Assembly: GCA_963810935.1 (NCBI GenBank)
Contig: CAWEPK010000016.1
Coordinates: 32,001-96,000 of the forward strand
DNA from: an uncultured delta proteobacterium
GTDB lineage: Bacteria; Desulfobacterota; Syntrophorhabdia; Syntrophorhabdales; WCHB1-27
Length of the DNA: 64,000 nucleotides
Reading direction: 5' to 3'
Shown here: positions 18,967-29,400 of the stretch, one piece after another
How positions within the stretch are numbered: position 1 is the first letter of the stretch
Layout: each line of letters begins with the position of its first letter
The notes under the pieces: generated by a model
What the model saw: only the letters and a program-made list of their open reading frames with translations
What the model was told of the DNA's origin: nothing
Database searches by the model: none
Program-made: the position numbers and the translations under genes

Positions 18967-19710
18967 TTATTTCCTGTAAAAACGCACCCTGCATTTAAGG
19001 CCCGCCGGCAGGCCGTGACCGGGGTTGGGCAGCTCCACCCTGATGCCGAAGGTACCGCTCGCCGCGTCAATGACCTTGTCCACTATGACTACCCGTCCCG
19101 TGTGACTGCCGCCGACCGGGGCCTCCGGTCTCACCTCTGCGAGCATACCTTTCGTTATTGTCCCGTAGCGCCTCACCGGGACCACCACTTCAACGTTGAG
19201 CGGGTTGATCTGGGCCACCATCAGGATAGGCTTGTCGCCGACATAATCGCCGGCCGTCAGATCCCGCTTCACGACAACGCCGTCGACCGTGCTGCGGATG
19301 TTTCGCATCTCGAGCTTAGCTTTTGCCTCTTCGAGCACGGCTTCGCCTTTCTTCATCTCCGTCTCGATCTCGTCTTTCTCATTGGCGGAGATATGCTCTT
19401 GAGCGAATAGCTCCGCGTTGCGGTTGAGCTTGCGCTTACTGAAGCCGAGCTGAGCCTCCGCGAGATGAACGTTGGCCCTTTCCACTGACGCGCGCAGGGT
19501 AGCCAGTATCTGGCCTTTTTGTACGACGTCGCCGCGCTCGACCAGCACCTCGTCGATGATGCCCGGCACCTGGCTGCTGATTTTGACTTCGCGGTACGGC
19601 TCTATCATGCCGTCCAGGTACTCCGAGGGGCCGGTCGCTCGCGCAGAGGCGCAAAAAAGGACCGGAAGAACGGCCGCCAGAAAAATAGTCGCACGGAGAA
19701 TCCTGTTCAT
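18967..19710 (-). CDS. RND/HlyD-type periplasmic adaptor (membrane fusion protein)
   Basis: Signal peptide, lipoyl-like halves (VPGIIDEVLVERGDVVQKGQ, RSTVDGVV), coiled coil, DAASGTF, LPAGL. Confidence 0.9.
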   Translation of the reverse strand: MNRILRATIFLAAVLPVLFCASARATGPSEYLDGMIEPYREVKISSQVPGIIDEVLVERGDVVQKGQILATLRASVERANVHLAEAQLGFSKRKLNRNAELFAQEHISANEKDEIETEMKKGEAVLEEAKAKLEMRNIRSTVDGVVVKRDLTAGDYVGDKPILMVAQINPLNVEVVVPVRRYGTITKGMLAEVRPEAPVGGSHTGRVVIVDKVIDAASGTFGIRVELPNPGHGLPAGLKCRVRFYRK

Positions 19711-19723
19711 CGAACCTTCCTCT

Positions 19724-21712
19724 TTACTCGCCCAGCCCTGAAAACGAAAGAAGCGTGCCCATCCGCTCGTCCTGTTTGAGAAGCTCCCGTCTCGCCCTGG
19801 CGTGAGCGCGCTCCATCTTGCGCTGAGCATGTAATATAGCGATTTTCGAAACTAGTGTCCATAGGCACGGGAGGCGTCGCGGCACGCGCCTGGCTGCCCA
19901 TCCGAATATACCGGCCCTTCCGCCTTCCAGAAGCGAGTCCTCCATCGATAGGATCGCTTCGAAGCTGCCCGGGTCCCCCTGGCGGCCGCAGCGGCCTCCG
20001 AGCTGCCGGTCGATCCTTCCCGCGTCATGGCGCTCCGTCAGGATCACGTGAAGGCCGCCGAGCTCCGCCACACCCGGCCCCAGCTTTATATCCGTGCCCC
20101 TTCCGGCCATGTTCGTCGCTATCGTAACGGCCCCCGGCCGGCCTGCCTGTGCCACTATCGCCGCTTCGTCGCTGTCATTCTTTGCATTGAGCACGCAATG
20201 GGCCATGCCCGCCTCCGTGAACGACTTGCTGAGGCTTTCGGAGGCCGCGACGGAGCGCGTCCCGATGAGCACCGGGCGGCCCCTTTGGAAAAACTCGTCA
20301 ACCCGCTCCACGACGGCCATCTTCTTCTCGGACAGGGTTGGGGCCACGAGGCCGGGCAATGTTTTGCGCCTGAGCGGCTTTTCCGTCGGCACGCGCGCAA
20401 CGGCAAGGCCATAGACCGACCACAACTCCTTCCTCACCTCCCAGGCAGTGCCCGTCATGCCGCAAAGGTGCAGGTAACGGCGGAAGAAGCGCTGGTACGT
20501 GATGCGCGCCATCGATTCGACCTGCCGGGTCAGCTCGCAACCCTCCTTTATCTCGATGAGCTGGTGGATGCCGCGCTCCCACGAGCGGTCCGGCATGAGC
20601 CTTCCCGTATACTCATCGACTATCTGCACCTTGCTCTCTCTCACAAGGTAATGGATATCCGGCCGGAAGAGATAGAGGGCAGCGAGGGCCTTCCGTATAG
20701 TCTCCTCGCGCCTTATGGTCCCGGCCCACAGGGGCCCCAAGGCGGCCGAGGCTTGTCTGACGTGCTTGAGGCCGCTGTCTGTCAGGTCTATCTTATTTTT
20801 GTCCAGGTCCAGTATATAGTCGTTGCCCTCCCTCATGGCAAGGGCAAGCGACATGCCCTGGCGCAGGAAAGTCTCTTCATCGCCGGTGTCTCCGCCTCCC
20901 GATATAATGAGCGGAGTACGGGACTCGTCGACCAGTATGCTGTCCGCCTCGTCGCAGATGCCGAAATGGAGGCCCCGCAAAAGAAGACGGCTGTCCCTTG
21001 CATCATGCGAGTGAAGGTATTCCGCCTGCAAGCGCAGGCTGTCCGTTATAGGGCCGAGGGTCAGTCTGTCGCGCAGGTAGTCGAAGACCACTTCCTTATT
21101 GGTGCAGTACGTGATATCGCACCCGTAGGCCGCCTGCCGCTCCCCGGGGTCTTTGTCGTGGACGACGCAGCCAACGGACAGGCCGAGGGTAGCGTAAACG
21201 GGGCCCATGGCCTCTGCGTCGCGGGCGGTAAGGTAGTCGTTAACGCAGATCACGTGGACAGGGATGCCCGCAAGTGCGGCCGCACCCGCTGCAAGCGTGG
21301 CGGTCAGCGTTTTTCCCTCCCCCGTCTCCATCTCGGCGATCGTCCCTTTTAAGAGCAGAAAACCGCCCATCAACTGGCTGTCGAAATGGCGAAGTCCGAC
21401 GGTCCTCTCCGAGACCTCACGGATGATGGCGAACAGGCGCCCGGCCGGCTCGACATCGAAGCCTTTTATCCTCGCTTCCATGCCCAGGCGCCTCGCCTCC
21501 GCCCGTAATTCCACGTCGCTCATCCGGGACACGGCGGCAGCGTGCCTGCCGGCAGCGGTCACGATTTTTCTGCTCCGGCGGAACAGGTGCAGGGATAGCG
21601 CAACGGGCGCGCATAAGACCTTCGCTGCGCGCTCGACGGAAGAAAGCGCAGGGTCCTTCTTTTCAGGCCTGAGGCTGCGGGTTGCGGGGGGATGAAATAT
21701 CTGGCGTCCCAT
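19724..21712 (-). CDS. Accessory SecA-like DEAD ATPase lacking the C-terminal wing/IRA1/Zn-binding regions
   Basis: METGEGKT, VNDYLTARD, DEADSILVDE, GMTGTA, ATNMAGRGTDI, RIDRQLGGRCGRQGDPG. Only 662 aa. Confidence 0.92.
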   Translation of the reverse strand: MGRQIFHPPATRSLRPEKKDPALSSVERAAKVLCAPVALSLHLFRRSRKIVTAAGRHAAAVSRMSDVELRAEARRLGMEARIKGFDVEPAGRLFAIIREVSERTVGLRHFDSQLMGGFLLLKGTIAEMETGEGKTLTATLAAGAAALAGIPVHVICVNDYLTARDAEAMGPVYATLGLSVGCVVHDKDPGERQAAYGCDITYCTNKEVVFDYLRDRLTLGPITDSLRLQAEYLHSHDARDSRLLLRGLHFGICDEADSILVDESRTPLIISGGGDTGDEETFLRQGMSLALAMREGNDYILDLDKNKIDLTDSGLKHVRQASAALGPLWAGTIRREETIRKALAALYLFRPDIHYLVRESKVQIVDEYTGRLMPDRSWERGIHQLIEIKEGCELTRQVESMARITYQRFFRRYLHLCGMTGTAWEVRKELWSVYGLAVARVPTEKPLRRKTLPGLVAPTLSEKKMAVVERVDEFFQRGRPVLIGTRSVAASESLSKSFTEAGMAHCVLNAKNDSDEAAIVAQAGRPGAVTIATNMAGRGTDIKLGPGVAELGGLHVILTERHDAGRIDRQLGGRCGRQGDPGSFEAILSMEDSLLEGGRAGIFGWAARRVPRRLPCLWTLVSKIAILHAQRKMERAHARARRELLKQDERMGTLLSFSGLGE

Positions 21713-21727
21713 CGTTTATACCGAAAA

Positions 21728-23893
21728 TCAGACGTTCAACCGGCGCAAAAGGACACGGCGGATCGCACGGCGCCACCGGGACGACAGAGGCTCCGGGGTG
21801 TGGACGAACCGCACAAATACGCGCTCGCCCACCCCTCTGGCCTGCACGCCCGGCAGGAGGATATCAAAATTGAAAAGCTTCTCGAAGGCCTTGGGGTTGC
21901 GGGTCTCCTTCGGGTCGAGGGCCACGGAGCCTCCGCCCTGGACGCTCAGGGCCATGCTCGGCAGGTCCTTCGACGCAGCCGGGACTTCCCGCTGTATAGA
22001 GGCGGCAGTGACGGTGGGCAGCGATTCGGCGAGGCGCGCCTCGACCCTGCGCGTCCGGTGCCTGATATGCTCTACGTCTGCCTGGTTGACGATCACCCGC
22101 ACCACCGTCTTCGAGAAATCGACCACGTAGCCCACAGGCGTGCCCCTGTGAACGAACCTGCCCGGCCAGTCCTCCGACTGGGGCAGCAAAAAAGTCCCGG
22201 AGGCGGGGCTGCGCACGATCATCTCCGACATCCTCTCTTCAGCCCGGACCAGCTTCGCCCGGACCCTGCCCATCTCGTCCTTCAATATTTCCGTCTGCGT
22301 GCGGTCCGTCATAAGGCTGACCCTCATGCGGACGTCTACCTCGTTCAAATTTGCCTGTAGCACTTTCATCTCGGCCCGAAGGCCGGGGGCATCGCAGAAC
22401 AAGAGCGGCTCGCCCTTTGAGACACCCGCGCCCGAGACGGCAAGGACTTTGACGACAAAGCCGTCCGCGCCGGCGAAGACCTGCGATTCCTCCGGCACCC
22501 ATACGACGCCTTCGGCAACGGTCGATGAGGGCAGGGGATACCAGGCTACGAAAGCTGCAAGCGGGCAAATGACGGCTGCCGCAATAGCGGTCACCCGTAA
22601 GGCGTGCTCACGCATCTCGCTCGCCACGCGGCGTATGAGTTTCACCGTCGGCCAGACCAGCATGCTGAAGGCGGCCCAGAGGGCTAAAAGAACGCCTATC
22701 GCAAAAAACTTCGCGGCGACGAAAAGAAAGATGCTCACGGAGATGAAGATACGGTATGCAAAGGCAGCAATGGCATAAACCACAAGCCAGGGTTTTTCTC
22801 CCTGCGCGAGCACGGTCGAAGCGGCGCCCTTTATTCTGAGCAGGTAACGCTTGGCCAGATAGCCGACGTACTTGTTGGCCCTGTCGGCCAGGTTCGGGAT
22901 CTCCAGGTAGTCGGCGAGGATGTAATAGGAATCGAAACGGAGCAGGGGGTTGCCGTTTAGCAGCAGTGTAGAGAGCCCGGCGACGAATATGACGTTATAG
23001 GCTACGGTGCGCACCGTACCGGGTTCCGCGAGCGACCAGACGACAAGGGCAACAGACGCCAGGAGGAGATCGACTATGATCCCCGCGGCCCCGACGAACA
23101 TGCGCCTGCCTTTCTCCGGGAAGGCCGAAGCCCATGAAGCGTCCACGTACGGGAGGGGCATGAAGACGATGAGCATCACGCCCATCTCGTGGACTTCCCC
23201 GCCTAGCCTTTTGACTGCATAAGCGTGGCCGAACTCATGGAGTATTCTAGAGATAGGGTAGATGAGGGCTATGAGTATAAGGTTCTCCGCGCTTAATACG
23301 CGGTCCGTGACGTTGCTTGAAAGCCCCTGCCAGTGTACGCCCAGAAGCAGAAAGGCGATTGCGAGGAGCATGCCCCCGAGGACTGCGCCCGTTTTGCCGA
23401 GGAAGGGCCGGACGAGGAAGAGGCTCCTGTCCAGAAACGAGTTCGGGTCCCAGACCGGGAAGCTCATAGCCGCCGGAGACCGCACGATAGCCATCCAGCG
23501 GCTGCTCTTATCCTTCCTGCTCCTCTTGGCCAGATCTGCGATGTCGGGCAGCCTGTCCGATTGCAGCACGTCGTTCTGGTGCAGATAGGAGAGGAGGTTG
23601 ATTACCTCGCCTTGCGTCGGCATGTCGTCGCCTAGACGCTCGCAGGCCGCCTCCCATATCTCCTGCATAGTGCGCTTGCCGTCCATCAGGCCCACGATTG
23701 CGTAGGCTTCCTTCGAGAACCTGTGGAAGCGCCCGGTAGAGTTGTCCTGAAGGATGTACCAGTCGGTCTCCCTGTACACGTGATGGTGGAACTGCGTGTG
23801 GCTGCGCAGACGGGGGTACAGGCCGGAGACCCGGTACCACGACTCGCTGAAAAGGGTCTTTTGCTCTCCCGGAGTTTTTTTTAAGGACGCCAT
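21728..23893 (-). CDS. PqqD-like + M50 (site-2) metallopeptidase + HlyD adaptor fusion
   Basis: N-terminal three strands plus helices (WYILQD...FHRF...MDGKRTMQEIW), HEFGH, NGNPLLRFDSYY, several TMs, C-terminal lipoyl/coiled-coil/beta-barrel. Confidence 0.88.
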   Translation of the reverse strand: MASLKKTPGEQKTLFSESWYRVSGLYPRLRSHTQFHHHVYRETDWYILQDNSTGRFHRFSKEAYAIVGLMDGKRTMQEIWEAACERLGDDMPTQGEVINLLSYLHQNDVLQSDRLPDIADLAKRSRKDKSSRWMAIVRSPAAMSFPVWDPNSFLDRSLFLVRPFLGKTGAVLGGMLLAIAFLLLGVHWQGLSSNVTDRVLSAENLILIALIYPISRILHEFGHAYAVKRLGGEVHEMGVMLIVFMPLPYVDASWASAFPEKGRRMFVGAAGIIVDLLLASVALVVWSLAEPGTVRTVAYNVIFVAGLSTLLLNGNPLLRFDSYYILADYLEIPNLADRANKYVGYLAKRYLLRIKGAASTVLAQGEKPWLVVYAIAAFAYRIFISVSIFLFVAAKFFAIGVLLALWAAFSMLVWPTVKLIRRVASEMREHALRVTAIAAAVICPLAAFVAWYPLPSSTVAEGVVWVPEESQVFAGADGFVVKVLAVSGAGVSKGEPLLFCDAPGLRAEMKVLQANLNEVDVRMRVSLMTDRTQTEILKDEMGRVRAKLVRAEERMSEMIVRSPASGTFLLPQSEDWPGRFVHRGTPVGYVVDFSKTVVRVIVNQADVEHIRHRTRRVEARLAESLPTVTAASIQREVPAASKDLPSMALSVQGGGSVALDPKETRNPKAFEKLFNFDILLPGVQARGVGERVFVRFVHTPEPLSSRWRRAIRRVLLRRLNV

Positions 23894-25740
23894 GACCAGA
23901 ACCAAAGCCTGAGCCAGTTACGGAGCTTCAGCGTCCAGATGTATATGAGCTTTTGCCGGTCTACCGATATCTTCCCTATGCCCTCCATCCCCGGCCTCAG
24001 TGTGTTTGTCGCCTTGTCGAGGGCCGCCTCCACGCGGAAGCAGTTCTTCCCCTCCTGGGCGGTTGCCAGCGGGGTGATTTTGCGGACGACGAAGCCGAAG
24101 GTATCGGGCAGCGCCGAAAGCACGAGAACGCCCCTCTGGCCCTCCCGCACGCGCGCGATCTCGGCTTCGTTCACCTGAAGGATGAGGCGGTAGCCCGCCA
24201 GAGGCGCGATCTCGAACAAAACCTCCCCTTCTTCAACCGCCGACCCGACCTTCTGGCTCAGGTCGCCGGCGAGGACGAGGCCGTCGAAGGGGGCCTTCAT
24301 GCTGGTCCGCTGCAGCTTTATATCGGCGAGATCGAGTTGGGCTATGACCTGGTCGAGCTGGGCCTTGATAACGTTCGCCTTGGCCCGATCGTGCAGGGCA
24401 ACGGCCTCCTGGTGCTGCCTGAGGAGCTGGCTTTCCTGGCCCGCGAGGTTCGTTTTCTCCAGGCGCAAATCGCGCTCGTCGAGGGTGCACATGACGCCTC
24501 CCTCGCGTACCGTGTCGCCGTGGCGGACATAGGCCTCCCGGATGTACCCTTTGAACGGGGCGGCGACCGTACGGCGAACCGATCCTTCGAGCGTCGCGGT
24601 TGAGGTGATCCGGTATTGGCCTTCGGCAAAGCTGAAAAAAGCGACCGCGCAGGCCAGAAGGAGCAGGATAAGCTTCATTCCGAGGTGGCCGGGACCCATA
24701 ACGCGCTTGAGCGCACTCAGCGCCGCGTCGTATGCGTATTTCGGGAAGGAAAGGGCTTGTACCCTTTTTCCTTCCAGTGCAGGGGCGGCCAGGGCGAAGA
24801 TGCTCTTGCAGATATTGACGTCGTCTGTATCGAAAGAGTCTTCTCCGTTCCTCTCAAGCGTGAGCGCCCCGTAATAACGGCCGCTCGCGTAAAGGGGAAC
24901 GGTGAGCATCGCGTTTACGCCGTACCGGCCCGCAAATGCTTCGTGGCTACGCGTCACGAGGGCGGGAGAGCCGGGGGGCGATGGATAGATGACCTCCGTG
25001 CCCTGCTGGATGGCTTCGTCCATCACGGTGCCGAGGGAGCGCACAAAACCCGTACGCTTGTCGAAGAGGGCGCTGTGGGAAATCGCCTGTATGCGGACTT
25101 TATGCTTTTTCAGGAAGCCGAGGCTGACCCGGTCGCACGCAAGACGGGCGGCGACGCCCGTTGCGAAGGTCATGCACGCGCCGTCGAATTTTTCCTGGGA
25201 GAGCACGTCGGCCAGAAGGTCGATTGCCGAGCGCAGCCGCGACATGACTGCCCCGTCTTCCCGCGTCTGCTGCCTTCTGAAGAAAAGCTCCAACAGGGGC
25301 ATACCCCACTGGAGCTGCTCCATGACCGGCCTTAGCTCTTCTTCCGACCTGACCGCCACCTCGATTGCCGCCACCCCATGAAGCCGGTCGTCGAAGAGAA
25401 GGGGGCAGGCGACCCCGAAAGTGCGCAAGGCTTGCCCGTCGCCGGGGGGTGCGGGCAGCTCGGTAAGAAGCGAGCGCCGTTGCGCGAGGCTGTTTTCGGC
25501 AACCTCCGCGAGCCGCTCGCCGTCTGCCTCCGGAGATGCTGACCAGAAGGCGATAGGCACAAAGCCGTCGCCACCGTCCTGTTGCATGACCAGGACGGCC
25601 TGTAGGGTGGAGCCGATCAGAGAAGACTGGAGGGCAAGCCAGCTTTGGGAGTACTCTTCGAGATTGCCTGCTGAGGCGATCCCCGTCCAGTGGGCAGACT
25701 GCTCCCTTGCGCCTTCCTCTCCGACACGCTCTTCAATCAC
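23881..25740 (-). CDS. GAF-domain HlyD-family adaptor
   Basis: Two GAF-like segments (VACPLLFDDRLHGV; LTVPLYASGRYYGALTLE), one TM, then an MFP (APFKG, APFDG, LRPGMEG). Confidence 0.88.
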   Translation of the reverse strand: MIEERVGEEGAREQSAHWTGIASAGNLEEYSQSWLALQSSLIGSTLQAVLVMQQDGGDGFVPIAFWSASPEADGERLAEVAENSLAQRRSLLTELPAPPGDGQALRTFGVACPLLFDDRLHGVAAIEVAVRSEEELRPVMEQLQWGMPLLELFFRRQQTREDGAVMSRLRSAIDLLADVLSQEKFDGACMTFATGVAARLACDRVSLGFLKKHKVRIQAISHSALFDKRTGFVRSLGTVMDEAIQQGTEVIYPSPPGSPALVTRSHEAFAGRYGVNAMLTVPLYASGRYYGALTLERNGEDSFDTDDVNICKSIFALAAPALEGKRVQALSFPKYAYDAALSALKRVMGPGHLGMKLILLLLACAVAFFSFAEGQYRITSTATLEGSVRRTVAAPFKGYIREAYVRHGDTVREGGVMCTLDERDLRLEKTNLAGQESQLLRQHQEAVALHDRAKANVIKAQLDQVIAQLDLADIKLQRTSMKAPFDGLVLAGDLSQKVGSAVEEGEVLFEIAPLAGYRLILQVNEAEIARVREGQRGVLVLSALPDTFGFVVRKITPLATAQEGKNCFRVEAALDKATNTLRPGMEGIGKISVDRQKLIYIWTLKLRNWLRLWFWSWRP

Positions 25741-25833
25741 GGTCGTCTCTCCGGAAAGGAAGGTCCCACAATGGAGTACGCATCTTCATGCATCCGTTCT
25801 GCGTTACTGCAGGTGAGGGGGACTGCCGTACCT

Positions 25834-26157
25834 CTACTTGGGACCCGCCAGATCGAGGTCAAGCGTTCCAAACCGCGCTTCGTAGTCGGAAACGATCCGA
25901 TTAAGAAGCAAGGAAAGGCGTTTCGCCGCATAAGCGTTGAGAATGACGCGGTCCGTCAACTGCACGATGAGCTCGTTCTGGCCTGTCTGCCACGTCTGGT
26001 TCGTACCGAACAGGACGGTTACCTCTTCTCGCGTGCTCGACACGTTGCAAACGTTCGCGTAGGACGTCTTGAGGTTCGAATCGTCCCATTTTATCCTGAG
26101 CGTCCCATCCTGCTTAGGGGCGTCCTGTTTCGTTGCCGCGTCATCTTCTTTTGCCAT
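25834..26157 (-). CDS. DUF3467-family small cytoplasmic protein
   Basis: IKWDDSNLKTSYANVCNVSSTREEVTVLFG...RVILNAYAAKRL...YEARFG. AGGAGG RBS. Confidence 0.85.
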   Translation of the reverse strand: MAKEDDAATKQDAPKQDGTLRIKWDDSNLKTSYANVCNVSSTREEVTVLFGTNQTWQTGQNELIVQLTDRVILNAYAAKRLSLLLNRIVSDYEARFGTLDLDLAGPK

Positions 26158-26204
26158 TTGCACTACCTCCTGATACTTATTCTGGCCGGGACATAAGCCG
26201 CTCT

Positions 26205-26234
26205 ATTCTAACCGATAAGGGTTTAAAACATCAA
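26205..26234 (-). promoter_or_regulatory. Possible internal sigma70 promoter for the DUF3467-to-MFP genes
   Basis: TTGATG-N18-TAGAAT on the minus strand. Confidence 0.35.
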
Positions 26235-26403
26235 GTTTCCGATTCAGTGTAGCTTGCTACAGGGGTTGCCATGCTTCGAGTCCCTGCCGTTGGGGTATCC
26301 GCACACCTCACGACACGCAGTCATTGGGGCTCAGCGCTCCCTCCAACGGCATCAGCCGCTGGAGCCTCCTCCCCCCCCTTGGCGCGGCGCATACGCTTGC
26401 TTT

Positions 26404-26431
26404 ATGACCCTGCTTCTTGCAGCAGGGTCAT
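26404..26431. terminator. Perfect hairpin just after the giant gene stop
   Basis: ATGACCCTGCT-tcttgc-AGCAGGGTCAT, 11-bp stem. The T-rich tail is on the plus strand only. Confidence 0.55.
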
Positions 26432-26440
26432 TTATTTAAT

Positions 26441-29400
26441 TCATTTGCGTGTGCCCGTCCGCTCGCTGCCTTTATCGATTACCTTTCCGCCGAACCATGG
26501 CAGGAAGCGGCTCCTCTTACGCTCTTCTTTAAGTCTCTTGAACCCGTCACGGTCGAGGAACACATCTTTGCGGGCAGCGGATGCGACCGCTGCGCCAAAG
26601 GCGACAATGCCGTCGTCGAGGCGCTGCTTGTCCTTCTCGTTGGCGGCGACCGTCACTTGCACGTCCGTTTCCTGCATCCCCTGGCTGTCTCCTCCCTGCG
26701 GCGATTGATCGCCTTGCTGGTTGCCGTCTCCGGCGCCCGGCTGGCCCTGGTCGGTCCCCTGGCCCGTCGGCGAGGTCGATTGTCCTCCCTGGCCTTGCGA
26801 TTGTCCTCCCTGTTGGGTCGATTGCTGCCCCTGACCGGTCGTAGACTGCTGCCCGGGCTGAGTCGTGAAACCGGTAGAGCCCGTATGGCTCGACTGCTGC
26901 TGCTGCTGGCCCTGGAGGTCCTGATTGTTTGTGCCGGTATTCAAAGACGTAGAGAACGTGTTTGTCGAAGACCCGGTTCCGGTGAACGTGCCGGTTCCGG
27001 TGAACGTGCCGGTTCCGGTTCCCGTTACTCCTGCGATCAGCCTGATGGGCGATGTAGACGACTGCATGCCCGATTCGCCCCATTCGCCCGATTCGTTGCC
27101 TTGTGCGCTGTAAAGGGTGGAGAGCGGGCTCGCGAGGGGGTCGTCGCCGAACCAGAAGCAGGCGACCTGCGTCGTGCGCCCGTTTTCGACGACTATATAG
27201 GCGAACCGGCCGATCATGATGTCGCTGTTGAAATTACCGACAAATGCTGAATTACCGATACCGCCGATCATGATGTTTCTTCCGCCGCCTCCGCTCAACC
27301 AATCATGTCCGCCAAGCTCGATGTCTATGCTCTCTATGATCTCGCTATTGGCTGTCCATGCGATAGTGCCGACGCTTTCGCTATTGCCGGTCCAGGCGAC
27401 CCTGCCCCCGGCCCCGAAGATGATGTCGTTACCTGTGCCACCGAAGAGCCAGTTGTCGCCCGCGCCTCCTATGATGAGGTTGTTGCCGCCCGCAACACGG
27501 ATAACATCGTCCCCGCCCAGATAGTTATCAACGGAGTAGGCATCCTTGGGGAAGAGTCCCTGTTGATCGAAATCGATTTCCCCACTGTGTCCGATGACTA
27601 TGCTCGCGCTCGACGTCCTAGGGTCGGGCGTTGTCGTACCTCCCAGGGTGATCGTGTTGCTGCCGTATCCTCCGAAGACATAGTCGCTGCCGTTGCCCGC
27701 TGTGATGGTGTCGTTGCCACCTATCGACGAATTGGTCGTCTGGGCAGTGCCAAGCACGCCGGGTGACTGGTAGCTCACCTGGCCGTTGCTGCCGAAGATA
27801 ATGTTGCTGCCGTTTCCTGCCGTGAGCGTATTCGACCCCGAGCCGCCGAAGATGATATTGTTGCCGTTGCCGGCGTTAATGATGTTGTTCGACGCAAGCT
27901 GCACATCGATGCTCTGAGCGAGGCTGGGCGACCCGGCCGGGAAGAACTGGATCGACCCGTCTTCGCCGAAGATGATGTTATTGCCCGTGCCTGCAAGGCC
28001 CGCGGTAATGTTGTCCGAGCCCGTGCCGCCGAAGATGATGTTATTGCCCGTGCCCGCCGTGATAGTATCGTTGGCTCCGTTGGTCGCGTAGGTCGATTGG
28101 ACGGTGCCCAAAACGCCGGGCGACTGGTACTGCACGGAGCCGTTATCGCCAAAGATAATGCTGTTGCCGTTGCCTGAAGTGATGGTGTCCGCTCCGGAGC
28201 CGCCGAAGATGATGTTTTTGCCGTTGCCTGCCACGATTTGTTCATTCTGGGCAAGCTGCGGATCGGTTGTTTCGATCAGGCTGGCAGTGCCGGTTGTAAA
28301 GTACTGAATTAGCCCGTCGTGACCTATGATGATGTTGTTGCCCGTGCCTCCGAGACCGGCGGTAATGCTGTCGGAGCCGGAGCCGCCAAATATTGTATTA
28401 TTACCGGTGCCGGCCGTAATGGTATCGTTTGCCCCGACACCCGTGTTTGTAGTCTGGACCGTGCCCAGCACGCCGGGCGACTGGTAACTCACGGAGCCGT
28501 TGTCGCCGAAGATGATGCTGCCGCCGTTTCCGGTTGTGATCGTGTCCGCTCCGGAGCCGCCGAATACGATGTTGTTGCCGTTGCCGGTGTTGATGGTCAC
28601 GCTCCCCGCTAGCTGCGGGTCGGTAGTCTCGATCAGACTGGCCATGCCGTTGGAGAAGAACGTCATGCTTCCGTCATGACCCGTTATGACGTTGTTGCCT
28701 TCGCCTGCGGTAACCGAGTTAGTTCCGGTGCCGGAGGTCCCGGCCATGATGATGTTGTTACCGTTGCCCGCGATTATCGTTGCGGTGCCTCCCACGGTCG
28801 CGTTCGTCGTCTCTACGGAAGAGAGGAACCCGGTTGCAGCATAGTCCACCTCGCCGTTATGGCCGAAGACGATGCTGTTGCCGTCGCCGACCTTGATATT
28901 GCTCGTCCCGTCGCCACCCGTGATAACGTAATTGCCGCTGCCTCCCACACCTGCATTTATCGTGTCGTTCAGGCCCGTGCCCGGGTCCGTGGACTCGAAA
29001 GTCTGCATTACCGACGAGCCTGAGTAGAACCGGATTAGGCCGTTTGCGCCTGCGATGTAGGAGTTGCCGCTGCCCATCGTGATATGGTTCACGCCGGTGC
29101 CGCCGAAGATGTAATCCGTGCCCGTCGTATCACCTGCGTCGATGGTGACATTGCCGCCCGTCGTCGGGTTGGTTGTCTCCATCAGGGCGTAGAGGCCGCT
29201 CGTCTGGTAGTCGATCTCGCCGTTGTGGCCGAAGATGATGTTGCCGGCCGTGGTCGATCCGACGCCCGCATTTATCGTGTTCGCTCCGGATCCACCAAGG
29301 ATGATATTGCTCCCGATGCCGACATTTATCGTGTTGTTGCTGCCTACTGTGGGCATCGTCGTCTTTATAGAGGTAATGATGCCCGAGGTGTTGTTGTACG

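Noticed and set aside
19724..21712. Calling this the housekeeping secA
   Set aside because: Too short, lacks the C-terminal domains, and is embedded in an accessory operon.
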